Assembly: GCA_021786455.1 (NCBI GenBank)
Contig: JAJYNF010000209.1
Coordinates: 1-48,055, forward strand
DNA from: Acidobacteriota bacterium
GTDB taxonomy: Bacteria > Acidobacteriota > Terriglobia > UBA7540
Direction of reading: 5' to 3'
DNA: 48,055 nt
The notes beneath the pieces are model-generated. The model was not told where the DNA came from and made no database searches. It saw nothing but the letters and a program-made list of their open reading frames with translations. Positions 8,790 to 18,618 of this stretch are shown here, in pieces. The position numbers and the translations under genes were made by a program. Every line of letters starts with the position of its first letter. Position 1 is the stretch's first letter.

Positions 8790-10016
8790 ATGGCTCACTC
8801 GACATTGCCGTTCGATGATCCCGCGCGGCCCGGTCTCTGGCGAGGCAAGAACGGCTTTGTCATCTTAAGTCTTTTTTTACTGCTATTCCTCGGTCTAGCT
8901 GACAATCAGACGATTCCCGCTTTGCTTCCACTGTTGGTCAAGTCACTGGGCATCAGCGTCGAGCAAGCCGGCTGGTTTGCCGTTTTCTACTCTTTCGCGG
9001 CGGCGGCGGCGGCCATGTTAACCGGCCCCCTCTCGGATCATTTCGGACGGCGGCGCTTTCTGGTGGGAGGGGCAGGGCTGTTCGCCGTCGCTTCATGGTT
9101 TGCCTCCCGAGCCGTTAGCCTGGCCATGCTCGGGGTTGCCCGGATGATGACGGGCTTCGCCGCTGGAACGATTTCAACCTGTTCCATCGCCATGGCAGGT
9201 GATTGGTTCCCCTATCAAATTCGCGGCCGCGCCGTCGGACTGATCTCTGTGGCCTATTTTGCAGCGCCAATCCTGGGAGTGCCCTTGGCGGCCGAGGTGG
9301 CGCAGCACTTTGGCTGGCGGGAAACGTTTGTGATTTTCGGAGCGTTCGCTCTTGTGGTAACTGCCGCTTCGCTGATGTTGCCTCGAGAAGAAATTCCACG
9401 AGCCTCGTCCGCCCGCCGCTTCCGGCAAACCCTCCGGGCTTGCCGGTCGTTTCTTCGTCGGCGGGACACGGCAGCAGCCTTGGCCATCGCCTTCTTAGTG
9501 TCGGGGGGACTTTACACTTTCATATACTACATCGGCCAGTGGCTGAGCGCCGCCTTTCACGTCAACACGCGAACCATCGGGGCCATCTTCATGCTCGGCG
9601 GGCTAATTGCGGTTGCCGGGTCGCCTTTGGGGGGGTATTTGTCGGACCGCTGGGGGAAAAGGGGAGTCTCTATCGCGGGCGATTTGGCGCTTGCGTCCTC
9701 GGTGGCGCTCGTCCCTTACATGCCATGGGGCATCGGCTTGCTGGCCGCCTTCGGCGCCGCGAGCCTTGGGGCTGCTTTTCGCCAGGGTCCCTTGACAGCC
9801 TTGATGACTGGGTTGGTCCCTTCCGCCGAGCGCGGCGCCTTTATGGCCTTGCGGAACGTTTTCTCACAAGTGGGCATTGGAGTCATGGTGTTCGCCGGCG
9901 GCTTGCTCTACCAGTGGCGCGGGTACGGCGCGGTCACGGCCCTATGCGCCCTGATGACCGCTGTCGTCGCCTTGCTTCTCGTAACCCACATCATGGAGCC
10001 ACTCGCGCGCCAATAA
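8790..10016 (+). CDS. MFS transporter
   Basis: 408 aa with about 12 hydrophobic helices. MFS motif A is present as GPLSDHFGRRRFLV. Confidence 0.85.
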   Translation: MAHSTLPFDDPARPGLWRGKNGFVILSLFLLLFLGLADNQTIPALLPLLVKSLGISVEQAGWFAVFYSFAAAAAAMLTGPLSDHFGRRRFLVGGAGLFAVASWFASRAVSLAMLGVARMMTGFAAGTISTCSIAMAGDWFPYQIRGRAVGLISVAYFAAPILGVPLAAEVAQHFGWRETFVIFGAFALVVTAASLMLPREEIPRASSARRFRQTLRACRSFLRRRDTAAALAIAFLVSGGLYTFIYYIGQWLSAAFHVNTRTIGAIFMLGGLIAVAGSPLGGYLSDRWGKRGVSIAGDLALASSVALVPYMPWGIGLLAAFGAASLGAAFRQGPLTALMTGLVPSAERGAFMALRNVFSQVGIGVMVFAGGLLYQWRGYGAVTALCALMTAVVALLLVTHIMEPLARQ

Positions 10017-10088
10017 GGCCCACGCGCGAGGCACAGCTTAATTCTTGGGCAAGCCCAGCATCGAATGCCGGGCGATTGGAGGCCGAGC

Positions 10089-11036
10089 ATGACCCCGCGG
10101 CGCGCGTTTCAAGTAATGCTCAACGTATTTCTGATTCTCGCCGGTCTATTTGCGGTTTTTATCCTCGCCGTGGTGCCGTGGTTCGGAACGAATATCGTGA
10201 CCACTTATAGCTTTCATTTTCCCGATCCCAACGACGGCAAGACCCCTATCAGCTATGGACTCGATTTTCAGTGGATCAATTTTCAATCCTCCGACGGCAT
10301 TCCGCTGAGCGGCTGGTACGTTCCCTACCGGCCGAAGCCGCATGGAACCATCATCTATTGCCACGGCATGAACCGCACGCGCATCGAAATGCTGCCGATG
10401 GCGGTGTGGGGTCACCAGTTGGGCTACGACGGCCTGCTCTTTGATTTCCGCCATTCAGGGATGAGCGGCGGCAAAATCTCAACCATCGGTTATCAGGAGC
10501 GGCTTGACGTGGAAGCCGCGGTTCGCTATGCGCTCGAGCAGGAGAGCGCAGCGCGGCCGATCGTCCTTTGGGGAGTTTCCATGGGAGCCGCTGCGGCGTT
10601 AATGGCAGCGGCAGAAACTCCGACGGTCAATGCGGTTATTTCGGACAGCACTTTTCTTTCTTTCCGCCAGGTCATCATCCATCATGTGCATCTGTTTTTT
10701 CACCTACCCAGCTTTCCCGTCGCCGATGAGATCATCGCGTGGTCGGCTTGGCGTGGCCACTTCCGGCCGTCGGCGTTCGACTTGCGCAAAGCCGTGCGCC
10801 GCATCAACCCCCGCCCTATCCTCTTCATCGCGGTGCGGCACGATCAGCGAATGCCGCCGTGGATCGCGCAGAAGTTGTATTCGCTTTCGTCCAGCCCGAA
10901 GAAGATGCTCGTGATTGTTCCGGGACACGTGCACGGGGAAGGTTTTAATTCCGGCCGCGCGCCCTACGAAGCGGCCGTGCGGAAATTCCTCGCCGACCTG
11001 GCGCGACCTGCTGGAAAAGGAAATCGTTCCGAATAG
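10089..11036 (+). CDS. alpha/beta hydrolase (membrane-anchored)
   Basis: The nucleophile elbow GVSMGAAAAL (GxSxG) is present, along with an N-terminal TM helix. GGAGG lies 6 nt upstream of ATG 10089, so this start is preferred to the listed 10065. Confidence 0.8.
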   Translation: MTPRRAFQVMLNVFLILAGLFAVFILAVVPWFGTNIVTTYSFHFPDPNDGKTPISYGLDFQWINFQSSDGIPLSGWYVPYRPKPHGTIIYCHGMNRTRIEMLPMAVWGHQLGYDGLLFDFRHSGMSGGKISTIGYQERLDVEAAVRYALEQESAARPIVLWGVSMGAAAALMAAAETPTVNAVISDSTFLSFRQVIIHHVHLFFHLPSFPVADEIIAWSAWRGHFRPSAFDLRKAVRRINPRPILFIAVRHDQRMPPWIAQKLYSLSSSPKKMLVIVPGHVHGEGFNSGRAPYEAAVRKFLADLARPAGKGNRSE

Positions 11037-11088
11037 AGCTGACCTTGGGCGCGGGGGCGAGTGAGACTCACCCGTATTTTTCGGTCGG

Positions 11089-11982
11089 CTACCGGCCTTG
11101 GCGATGAAGAGCTTGAACGGCGCTGCGCGTGCGAAGCATCATGCTTTGGACGGTGGAGCGAATGGCGCCGCCAATAAAAGGCCGGATGATCCAGGCCAGC
11201 GCAAACGGAGCGTTTCGGCTGAGGCCGACGGATTCCCATTCGGCGATAACGCCGCCACGATTCTGCTCCAGCCGCCAGTAGCTATCCATGGCCCAAAGGT
11301 AGCCACCTCCCTGGCCGGGCAAATCATCATGCTCGTCAGGGCGGCCGGCGTTTTCCACCTGCATGACACGAGTGGAGTGGGAAATCATATAAGCGCGCTT
11401 GCGCCCCAAGATGAAGTAGTTCACATCATCGTCCATGTCGAGCGTGACGGTCAGCCACGGCGTTTTCTTTTGCAGGCGGACATAAACTAGAAAATGATTT
11501 CCGTCGTGCTGAAGCACGCGTGAGCGAACGATCTCCGGCTTAAAGAGCTGCCGGTAGCGGTTGTAATCTTGCAACACCCCGAGGGTTTGCTTGAGCGTGG
11601 CGTGGGGAATGTACATCACGGCGAACCAATGATGAACCCAACCGTCGGGGACGCGGAGCCGTCGCCCGGCCACATTCCGAGAGTGGATCTCCGCAACGTA
11701 TATGCCGCCTCGCTGGATTTGGGCCATGATCTGATTCCGCTCGCGCGCGGGTAACGAGTCGGTATAGAGAAACTTGGACGGTTGCTCGCCGTCGCGTTTC
11801 ATCCGGGCTTCGATTCGTTGAACATAGCGATCAAAGGCGACCAGCGTCTTCGATTGCAACTGAGCAGCGGGTAGGTTCGCCACATGGGTTTCCAACAGGA
11901 AGAGCCAAACTAGCCCTATCCACAACCTGCGACGGATAGGGCAAAGACCGAGCGCCGGGCGGGTCGAGGTTTTTTCGATCAT
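11089..11982 (-). CDS. hypothetical secreted protein, translationally coupled to bshA
   Basis: ATG 11982..11980 overlaps the bshA stop 11981..11979 (ATGA). A signal-like helix WIGLVWLFLLETHVANLPA follows. The beta-rich body may have an SRPBCC/START-like fold, but that is a guess. Confidence 0.7.
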   Translation of the reverse strand: MIEKTSTRPALGLCPIRRRLWIGLVWLFLLETHVANLPAAQLQSKTLVAFDRYVQRIEARMKRDGEQPSKFLYTDSLPARERNQIMAQIQRGGIYVAEIHSRNVAGRRLRVPDGWVHHWFAVMYIPHATLKQTLGVLQDYNRYRQLFKPEIVRSRVLQHDGNHFLVYVRLQKKTPWLTVTLDMDDDVNYFILGRKRAYMISHSTRVMQVENAGRPDEHDDLPGQGGGYLWAMDSYWRLEQNRGGVIAEWESVGLSRNAPFALAWIIRPFIGGAIRSTVQSMMLRTRSAVQALHRQGR

Positions 11983-13106
11983 CGTTCTTCCAGAACTCGC
12001 TGGTAGAGGTTTTCGTAGAGCGGAATGATTTTGGTTGAACAAAATTCAGCGAGCGCCCGCGCGCGGGCCGCCTGGCCCATGCGTTGCTGGAGGTCCGGAT
12101 TGTGAAAAATCTCCAACGTCTGCTGGGCCATGGTCTCAATGTCGCGGACAGGCGCCAAAAAACCTTCGGCGCCGTCGCGGACAACCTCGGAGATTCCCCC
12201 TACGCGAGAACAGACGACAGGCACGCCGCAAGCCATCGCCTCCAGCGCGGCCAGGCCAAAGGACTCCATCTCGCTCGGCAGAATGAAAACGTCCCCGCAG
12301 TTCAGCAAGCTTTGCACTTGATTCTGTTTCCCAAAGAAAATCACGTCACGTTCGACGCCTAGGTCCCGGGCCAGCCACTCGGCCAGGACGCGGTCGGGGC
12401 CGTCGCCGATCATAAAGAGCTTGGCGGGAATTTGGCGGCGGACCCGCGCGAAAACCTCAAGGACGTCGGTCACCCGCTTGACGGGACGAAAGTTCGACAA
12501 ATGAATGAGAATTTTTTCCTTGGGGGAGGCGTAATCATCCCGCTGGCTGACGCCGTCGGCGGGCTTGAAAACGTCGCAGTTGACAAAGTTGGGAATCACC
12601 TCCACAGGACGCCGAATGCCAAATTCCGCCATCGTGACCTGCCGCAAGTATTCGGAGATAGCCGTCACCCCATTACTCTCTTCAATCGAGAAGCGGGTCA
12701 TGGGAAGGTAGGACCGATTGGCCCCGACTAACGTGATGTCCGTGCCGTGCAAGGTGGTTACAAACGGGATGCGTTGCTCGCCGAGCATGGCTCGCGCCAG
12801 GTAGGCGCTCACCGAATGCGGGATTGCGTAATGAACGTGTAGCAGGTCGAGCCGCTCATTGACCGCCACGTTATACATCTGGGAAGCGAGGGCCAGCGTG
12901 TACGGGGGATGATCGAAGAGGGGATAATTGACCACTTCCACTTCGTGGAAGTGGAGGCGGTTGTGAGTATCCGTCATCCGAACGGGGACGGCGTAGCTAA
13001 TGAAGTGAATGTCGTGACCGCGCTGGGCCAGTTCGAGACCAAGCTCGGTCGCTACCACTCCGCTTCCCCCGTAGGTGGGATAACAGGTGATTCCGATTCG
13101 CATCAA
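11979..13106 (-). CDS. bshA: N-acetyl-alpha-D-glucosaminyl L-malate synthase (GT4), bacillithiol biosynthesis
   Basis: It is collinear by eye with B. subtilis BshA. Shared blocks include [45 protein letters not shown] and [16 protein letters not shown]. Confidence 0.9.
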   Translation of the reverse strand: MMRIGITCYPTYGGSGVVATELGLELAQRGHDIHFISYAVPVRMTDTHNRLHFHEVEVVNYPLFDHPPYTLALASQMYNVAVNERLDLLHVHYAIPHSVSAYLARAMLGEQRIPFVTTLHGTDITLVGANRSYLPMTRFSIEESNGVTAISEYLRQVTMAEFGIRRPVEVIPNFVNCDVFKPADGVSQRDDYASPKEKILIHLSNFRPVKRVTDVLEVFARVRRQIPAKLFMIGDGPDRVLAEWLARDLGVERDVIFFGKQNQVQSLLNCGDVFILPSEMESFGLAALEAMACGVPVVCSRVGGISEVVRDGAEGFLAPVRDIETMAQQTLEIFHNPDLQQRMGQAARARALAEFCSTKIIPLYENLYQRVLEER

Positions 13107-13191
13107 AGGAATCCCGGAAGAATCAGGCTCCTGCCGCCCCCGAGCTTTGAAGTCAAGCCGCGCGGCCGTCGAGAAGTAAAAAGGACTGAGG

Positions 13192-13683
13192 CTAAGACCG
13201 GCGCTTGGCGACGGCCTTCTTTTTATGGGCGCCTTCCAGCACGATCACTTGTTGAACGGACCGCTTTCCGCCGCTTTCCGAATAATAGATGAGCACGTCC
13301 GTGCCCGGAACCAGGGATCTAAGGGCAAGCCTTTTACCGTCGAGATTTTCGACGTGCGTCCCCCTTCGCACCGGGAAAATCTCCGTGTCCTCTCCGTGAT
13401 GGGTCGCAACGTTCAGGATCTTCATCTTTCTGTCGAGCGATTGCACCACTCCGCTGAAAGCCTGCTGTCTTGAACCCTTCATCTTGTGATGTCCGGGCAG
13501 CTTGCTCAAGGAGCCTTGTCCCATGCTCCCGACAGGCGCGATAGCCAGCGCCACCAACAGAGAACAACCTATCAACCCCCCTCGAAGCCATGCGCGCGGC
13601 CGCCCATCGGCCGCTGTCCTAACTCCCTGCCCCGTGATGGGTTCGATCGAGACGGGAAAGATTTCGCCGTGATTCGTTGTCAT
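13192..13683 (-). CDS. hypothetical membrane-anchored/secreted protein
   Basis: ORF 13192..13812. I chose the internal ATG 13683 (MTTNHGE...), which precedes the single hydrophobic helix GGLIGCSLLVALAIAPV. No domain was recognised. Confidence 0.5.
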   Translation of the reverse strand: MTTNHGEIFPVSIEPITGQGVRTAADGRPRAWLRGGLIGCSLLVALAIAPVGSMGQGSLSKLPGHHKMKGSRQQAFSGVVQSLDRKMKILNVATHHGEDTEIFPVRRGTHVENLDGKRLALRSLVPGTDVLIYYSESGGKRSVQQVIVLEGAHKKKAVAKRRS

Positions 13684-13862
13684 GCCATCCCTCCCACGTA
13701 GCGAATCCCGTAAATGGGCGGCTCTTCTCTCTTGCCGAGTCGCCGGACGAATGACCGGCTCCTCCGCGCTCGCGCTCGGCCTGGACGGCCTATGGACGCC
13801 GTCTCTGCTCAAATCCGCCGCATACCCCCTGGGGCAGGGCGCGAGTGCGAGCGTCCGGCAAC

Positions 13863-14201
13863 CTAGTTATTGTCCACGCTGCCTGAAAAGTCCCCGTCGC
13901 CGCCGTTCTTGCCTTCGGCTTGCTTGTACATATAGCGAATGCAGGTCTTCATGATCAGCAGGTTCGGCTCATTGGCGCGATGCACCTTGATGCAATCCTT
14001 GTCGTACCATTCAATCACGCCACGAACTTGTTCGCCTTGGTCGAGCACGACCACCATCGGCGTGCGAGCCTGCATTTGCTTGATGTAATAGAAATTTTCA
14101 GCGTTGGTCTGCTCGGGCGGCGTCGGCTTTTTCCGAGGCGCCCGATTGCCCATTTGGTCCTGGACTTCGGAAAGCGTGGGACGAATTAGTTTTCGGTTCA
14201 C
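13863..14201 (-). CDS. Hfq-like Sm-fold RNA-binding protein (divergent, N-terminally extended)
   Basis: The core FYYIKQMQARTPMVVVLDQGEQVRGVIEWYDKDCIKVHRANEPNLLIMKTCIRYMYK aligns by eye to the Hfq Sm1/Sm2 segments (…[26 protein letters not shown]…MVYKHAIST). It uses a GTG start with AAGGAG 9 nt upstream. Confidence 0.6.
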   Translation of the reverse strand: MNRKLIRPTLSEVQDQMGNRAPRKKPTPPEQTNAENFYYIKQMQARTPMVVVLDQGEQVRGVIEWYDKDCIKVHRANEPNLLIMKTCIRYMYKQAEGKNGGDGDFSGSVDNN

Positions 14202-14628
14202 TGGTTAATGCTCCTTCTAACGGCTTCCTTCGAGGCACTGGCGAGCATTGCCGCAAGTTCCAGATGATTAATTCTGGAGCCTGTGAGGGTAGATGAGCGA
14301 ATTCCCTCCTGGGTTTCCCTATTTAATCTACCCGAACGTTGGGCATTTTCGCCAGGGGACTAATTAGCTTATACCACGGATTCTCAGTTCAGACAACACG
14401 CTATCGCGCCGCTTTCGTGTTTTTTCTTCTGCTCCCGCGCCAGGAGCAATTCTCATCGCAAATTCCGAGTCCGGTGGGAGGTCCCGATGGGGACCCGCGC
14501 CGAAGAACGGTCGGACTCCGTCAGCTTTACGCTCTGCGATGGCTTTGACATCAAAAAGCACGGCGGAGAATTTGCTTGGGAAATGTGCGGCGTCAAGCTG
14601 CCCCGCGCTACTTCCCTCACGGGCAGGG

Positions 14629-14657
14629 TTGACTTGCCGTTGAGGGGCCTATATGCT
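14629..14657 (+). promoter_or_regulatory. candidate sigma70-type promoter (TTGACT-17 nt-TATGCT)
   Basis: The -35 is at 14629..14634 and the -10 at 14652..14657. The predicted TSS is about 14664, which would make the transcript leaderless or near-leaderless for ATG 14669. Confidence 0.25.
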
Positions 14658-14659
14658 GC

Positions 14660-16351
14660 ATGGCTCAAATGCGAGCGGGAGTCACAAAACCGATGTTTTC
14701 TCGACAGACAGTTGCGCCGAACATTCGCTGGCCCCGAATCTTATCTGGGCTGCTGTTGTTGCTGCTGGCAGCGGCACCCTCGTTGCAAGCAGTCCAATGG
14801 CAAACACTTTTCACCGCGCAAGACGTGCGAGACGATCTTTCGACGCCGGCGGGCCGCGAGGCCGCGCTGGCGTTTTGCCGACGAATGCACATTACCAAGG
14901 TCTATTTGGAGGTTTTCCGAGACGGCTACCAAGCCGACGCCACGACGCTCGGCGAGGCGCGCAATTTTTTCCGCCGCGCCGGAATTCATGTGGCAGGGTG
15001 CGTGGCCACCACCGATCTCGGCAAGCCCTCAACCGGCTGGAAGATTGTCGCCTGTTACACGAACTTGGCCAATCGGGAACATTTGGCGTCCATCTTTCGC
15101 TACGCCGCAAGCCTTTTCAACGAAATCATTATTGATGATTTTTTCTTTACCGATTGCCAGTGCTCGGAATGCTCAGCGGCGAAAGGCTCCATGAGCTGGA
15201 CACAGTACCGCGACCGACTGATGGTGCAGGTTAGCCGCCAGGACGTGCTGGCGCCGGCGCGCGCCGTAAACCCCAAGGTGCGCATTATTTTGAAATACCC
15301 GCAATGGTATGACCAATACCAGAACCGCGGCTACGTGGTGGATAAGGAAACGGCCCTCTACGACCGGATCTGGGTGGGGACGGAGACGCGCGATCCGGCG
15401 TCGCCGCATTGGGGAAACACGCAGCAATACAGAGGCTTTTTCCTCTACCGATGGCTTTCCCAAATCGGCGGCGCGAAGACCGGCGGCGGCTGGTTCGATC
15501 CTTACGGCACCAACGCGGCGTTCTATATGGACCAAGCGTGGACGACGGTGCTGGCGGGCGCCCAGCAGGTTTTCCTGTTTCACTACGGGTCGTTGATTTC
15601 GCCGCGCTATCAGGCGCAGGCGAGGGCGCTCGAACAGGCGGAGCCCAAGCTCGAGGCACTCAGCAAGCTGGTTGGGCAATGGGAGGGTATCGCTGCCTAT
15701 AAACCTATCTCGAGTAGTCCGGGTTCGGAGCCTTACATCTTCGATCAGGTGGGCATGCTGGGCATTCCACTCGTGCCGACGGCTACCTTTCCCGCGAAGG
15801 CACCGGCGGCCATGTTTGCCGAATACGCCATGCATGATCCGCAATTTGTCCCGGAGCTCAAGCGGTTTCTCGAAAACGGTGGCACCGCGTTCCTGACCGA
15901 AGGCTTGGCGCATCGGTTGAATCTCGATCCCCGCCTGGCAGCTTATGGCTCGCTGGAATTGCCGAAGGGCCAATTGATTGAGACGAAGAAAGCTGGGCCG
16001 GGCCAAATCGTTATCTTTTCTGACGCGCTGCCCGATCTGGCGAAGGTGGACTCGGAGGACCGCGTCGAGCAGTTGACGCCGGACCTCCGCGCTGCGCTCA
16101 ATCAGTTGCGGGAGGCGGTGGGAAACTTCACGCCGATTTCCCCCGACGCGCCACCCCGGGTCGCGGTGTTCCCGATGGGCGGGCGAGTGGCGGTGATGAA
16201 TTATACCGAACTGCCCGTGGCCTGCCACGTAGAGATGGGCGGCATGGCTTCAACGATGCGGACGCAGGTTTTTGCCGCCAACGGGGCGACCTTGGCCTCG
16301 GACCGTGAAACACTGCGGTTGCCGCCCCACAGTTTGATCGTCGTCGAGTAG
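14660..16351 (+). CDS. hypothetical secreted protein (possible glycoside-hydrolase-like TIM barrel, unassigned)
   Basis: 563-aa ORF with a signal-like segment ILSGLLLLLLAAAPSLQA. The central KVYLEVFRDGY...IIIDDFFFTDCQCSEC region resembles uncharacterised GH-like families, but I cannot assign it. The start is ambiguous (14660, 14669 or 14693). Confidence 0.7.
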   Translation: MAQMRAGVTKPMFSRQTVAPNIRWPRILSGLLLLLLAAAPSLQAVQWQTLFTAQDVRDDLSTPAGREAALAFCRRMHITKVYLEVFRDGYQADATTLGEARNFFRRAGIHVAGCVATTDLGKPSTGWKIVACYTNLANREHLASIFRYAASLFNEIIIDDFFFTDCQCSECSAAKGSMSWTQYRDRLMVQVSRQDVLAPARAVNPKVRIILKYPQWYDQYQNRGYVVDKETALYDRIWVGTETRDPASPHWGNTQQYRGFFLYRWLSQIGGAKTGGGWFDPYGTNAAFYMDQAWTTVLAGAQQVFLFHYGSLISPRYQAQARALEQAEPKLEALSKLVGQWEGIAAYKPISSSPGSEPYIFDQVGMLGIPLVPTATFPAKAPAAMFAEYAMHDPQFVPELKRFLENGGTAFLTEGLAHRLNLDPRLAAYGSLELPKGQLIETKKAGPGQIVIFSDALPDLAKVDSEDRVEQLTPDLRAALNQLREAVGNFTPISPDAPPRVAVFPMGGRVAVMNYTELPVACHVEMGGMASTMRTQVFAANGATLASDRETLRLPPHSLIVVE

Positions 16352-16365
16352 CAGCAGGGTTTGAG

Positions 16366-16824
16366 ATGCTCCGACACTTAGCGTTCCTCGGCTTTGCGCT
16401 TGCCTTGGCCGGATCGAGAGCGGCTGCGCAATCCTTGCCTGCGCCCGCCGCGAAAAGGCCGGCGCCCGCGCGAGCCGTTGCCCAGGCTCCAGCGGCGCCG
16501 CACCGCTTTTTCGACCGCGCGAATCTGGCGCTGTTCGCAGGGGTCGCAGCAGTCCGCGTTCTCGATTTCACTTCGACCGAACATTTCCGCGAGCGCGGCC
16601 ACAACGAAGTCCTGCTGACCAACAGCATCGTGGACAACAAGCCGCTGTTCGCCGTAATCGAGGCGGCGGGATTCGCAGCTTCGGTCGCGGTTTCTTACTG
16701 GCTCTACCGCCGTGGTCATTATCGCCTGGAGCGATGGGTTTCCATCCTGCACATCGGGGTGGCTGCCGCCGGGGACATCCACAATTACGCGCTCGGCCGC
16801 CCCGGGGGCCCGGGAACACCTTGA
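16366..16824 (+). CDS. hypothetical membrane protein with signal peptide
   Basis: 152 aa. It has the signal LAFLGFALALAGSRAAAQ and two later hydrophobic helices. It starts 14 nt after the preceding gene. Confidence 0.55.
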   Translation: MLRHLAFLGFALALAGSRAAAQSLPAPAAKRPAPARAVAQAPAAPHRFFDRANLALFAGVAAVRVLDFTSTEHFRERGHNEVLLTNSIVDNKPLFAVIEAAGFAASVAVSYWLYRRGHYRLERWVSILHIGVAAAGDIHNYALGRPGGPGTP

Positions 16825-17032
16825 ATTTGCGCCAGGCGCGGCGTCCGTTTGAACAAGCCGGTTTCCTCGCAACGTTTGTCACAGCTTTCTGGCGGCTCGG
16901 CTTGGGCTTCTGACTTGCGCCTGCGGCAGGTTGCTTGCCGGCTATTTTTCTATCCACTTCTGCGGGATTTTCTGCGCGATCTGGTTCGTCGGCACGCTCA
17001 TCATCCCTTTCACAAGGTCACGTAAATCGGCG

Positions 17033-17200
17033 TCAAATGTTTCTCCTGGTCGTCCACATGCTCAAGGCGATGGCAGCGGTCTTGCGCGTCAGGGTCAGCC
17101 GCACCATGGCGGGCAACATGTCCTTGGCCAGCAACCCTTCATAAAAAGCGCACAACACTCGGGGCAGCGCGCGATGGAGTTCCGGCGGCGCTGAACCATA
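17033..17200 (-). pseudogene. possible transposase C-terminal remnant (IS110-like tail)
   Basis: The minus-strand frame reads YGSAPPELHRALPRVLCAFYEGLLAKDMLPAMVRLTLTRKTAAIALSMWTTRRNI*. This resembles the '...FYERLLARGM.P.MARLTLARKIAAI.L..WKKGE' tail I recall from DEDD-type transposases. It is only about 55 codons long and is bounded upstream by a stop. Confidence 0.3.
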
Positions 17201-17245
17201 TCAATTCGTCCACGGTGCCGCCCGACCCATGGGTTGCCCATCCGG

Positions 17246-18379
17246 TTACCGCAGGACGAAGAGATCTCGCGTCCGCCGCAGGCGCAGCAGGTATGGGCGA
17301 TCGCTCAACTGTCCGCTGAATTCCGCATCCCAGCGCCCCGGGATGGGGTTTTCGCATCGGGGACAAGTTCCGTGGGGTGTCAAGTAATAGCCGGTGATCC
17401 GGTAGCCGCGCCGTCTGACCAACAGTTCACGGCAGTTGGGGCATCGAGTGTTTTCAAGATCGCCCACTTCGCCGGGCAAATTGCCCGCGTAAATAAACCG
17501 CAAACCGGCGCGCGAACCGATTTCTCGAGCGCGAAGCAGCATTTCCGGCGTGGTCGGCGGCGGATCAGTCATCTTATAGTCAGGATGGAAAGCTGTGATG
17601 TGCCAGGGGATGTCGGGCGAAACGCTGGCCAAAAACTCCGCCAGGCGTGTCAGTTCATCGTCGGTATCGTTAAACCCTGGAATGAGCAGCGTGACGATTT
17701 CAAGCCAAACGCCCATCGCGTGAAGGGAGCGGATGGTGTCGAGAATCGGCTGTAACCGGCCCCCAAGCTGGCGATAGTGACGGTCGTTGAAACTTTTCAA
17801 ATCGACCTTATAGAAATCTATCCAAGGCCGCAGGTACTCGATCGCGCGCGCCGTGCCGTTGCCGTTGGACACGAATGCGGTCTTCAGCCCACGCGCCCGG
17901 GCCTCCTTAAAAATCGCCACCGCCCACTCGCTGGTAATCAGCGGCTCGTTGTAGGTGCTGACGACTACGCGCGCGCCCTGCGCCAGCGCGTCTTCTACCA
18001 AGGCTTCCGGCGTTGCTCCAAGGGGTGGCGAGATGGCGCGCGGATCGCGAATCGCTTGCGAGGTCACCCAGTTCTGGCAATAGGCGCAGTGCAAATCGCA
18101 GCCAAGCATTCCAAAGCTATAAGCGAGGACGCCCGGCAGGGCATGGAAAAACGGTTTTTTCTCAATAGGGTCGCATTGAACGCCGCCCACGTATCCCCAA
18201 GGCGCCCATAGATGGCCGCCGCGGTTGAATCGAACCTTGCACACCCCCACCTGGCCGTCTGGAATGCGGCAGGCGTGCCCGCACGCATAGCATCGCACAA
18301 ACCCCCGGTCCATTTTTTCTGCGAGCTGCGGCGCCGCCACGCGCGCGTTGGCGGCAAGAATGTCCATTAGCGCTGGCAT
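17246..18379 (-). CDS. AmmeMemoRadiSam-system-type radical SAM enzyme (PflA-like activase family)
   Basis: The radical-SAM motif CDLHCAYCQNW (CxxxCxxC) is present. The N-terminus has CYACGHAC...GVCKVR and DPIEKKPFFH. The C-terminus has a CPNC...CPRC zinc ribbon. Confidence 0.85.
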   Translation of the reverse strand: MPALMDILAANARVAAPQLAEKMDRGFVRCYACGHACRIPDGQVGVCKVRFNRGGHLWAPWGYVGGVQCDPIEKKPFFHALPGVLAYSFGMLGCDLHCAYCQNWVTSQAIRDPRAISPPLGATPEALVEDALAQGARVVVSTYNEPLITSEWAVAIFKEARARGLKTAFVSNGNGTARAIEYLRPWIDFYKVDLKSFNDRHYRQLGGRLQPILDTIRSLHAMGVWLEIVTLLIPGFNDTDDELTRLAEFLASVSPDIPWHITAFHPDYKMTDPPPTTPEMLLRAREIGSRAGLRFIYAGNLPGEVGDLENTRCPNCRELLVRRRGYRITGYYLTPHGTCPRCENPIPGRWDAEFSGQLSDRPYLLRLRRTRDLFVLR

Positions 18380-18618
18380 ACGCTCGGCGCGTCAGGAGTT
18401 TGAGGCCCTCCTTGCGCCATTAATATCATTATACCGCGACTGAAGAAGCGCGTTGTTGCAATGACATGATTCGATGGGGTGCTGAAGAAAGAGGCAAATT
18501 TACGTCATGCGAAGGGAGGGCATCCGCGCGACGCCACACCCATCTCCACGGGTATCGCCGATTACAACATTTTTGTCTGGCCGCAAGTCACGAACCACCA
18601 CAAAATAGTCTGGAAAAG

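Noticed and set aside
8997-9011. (GCG)5 microsatellite
   Set aside because: It lies in frame inside the MFS transporter and simply encodes a poly-Ala stretch in a TM helix. It is too short to be notable.
15173-16228. 351-aa minus-strand ORF opposite the 14660..16351 gene
   Set aside because: The sequence is Arg/Pro-rich and featureless. The plus-strand ORF has a signal peptide and balanced composition.
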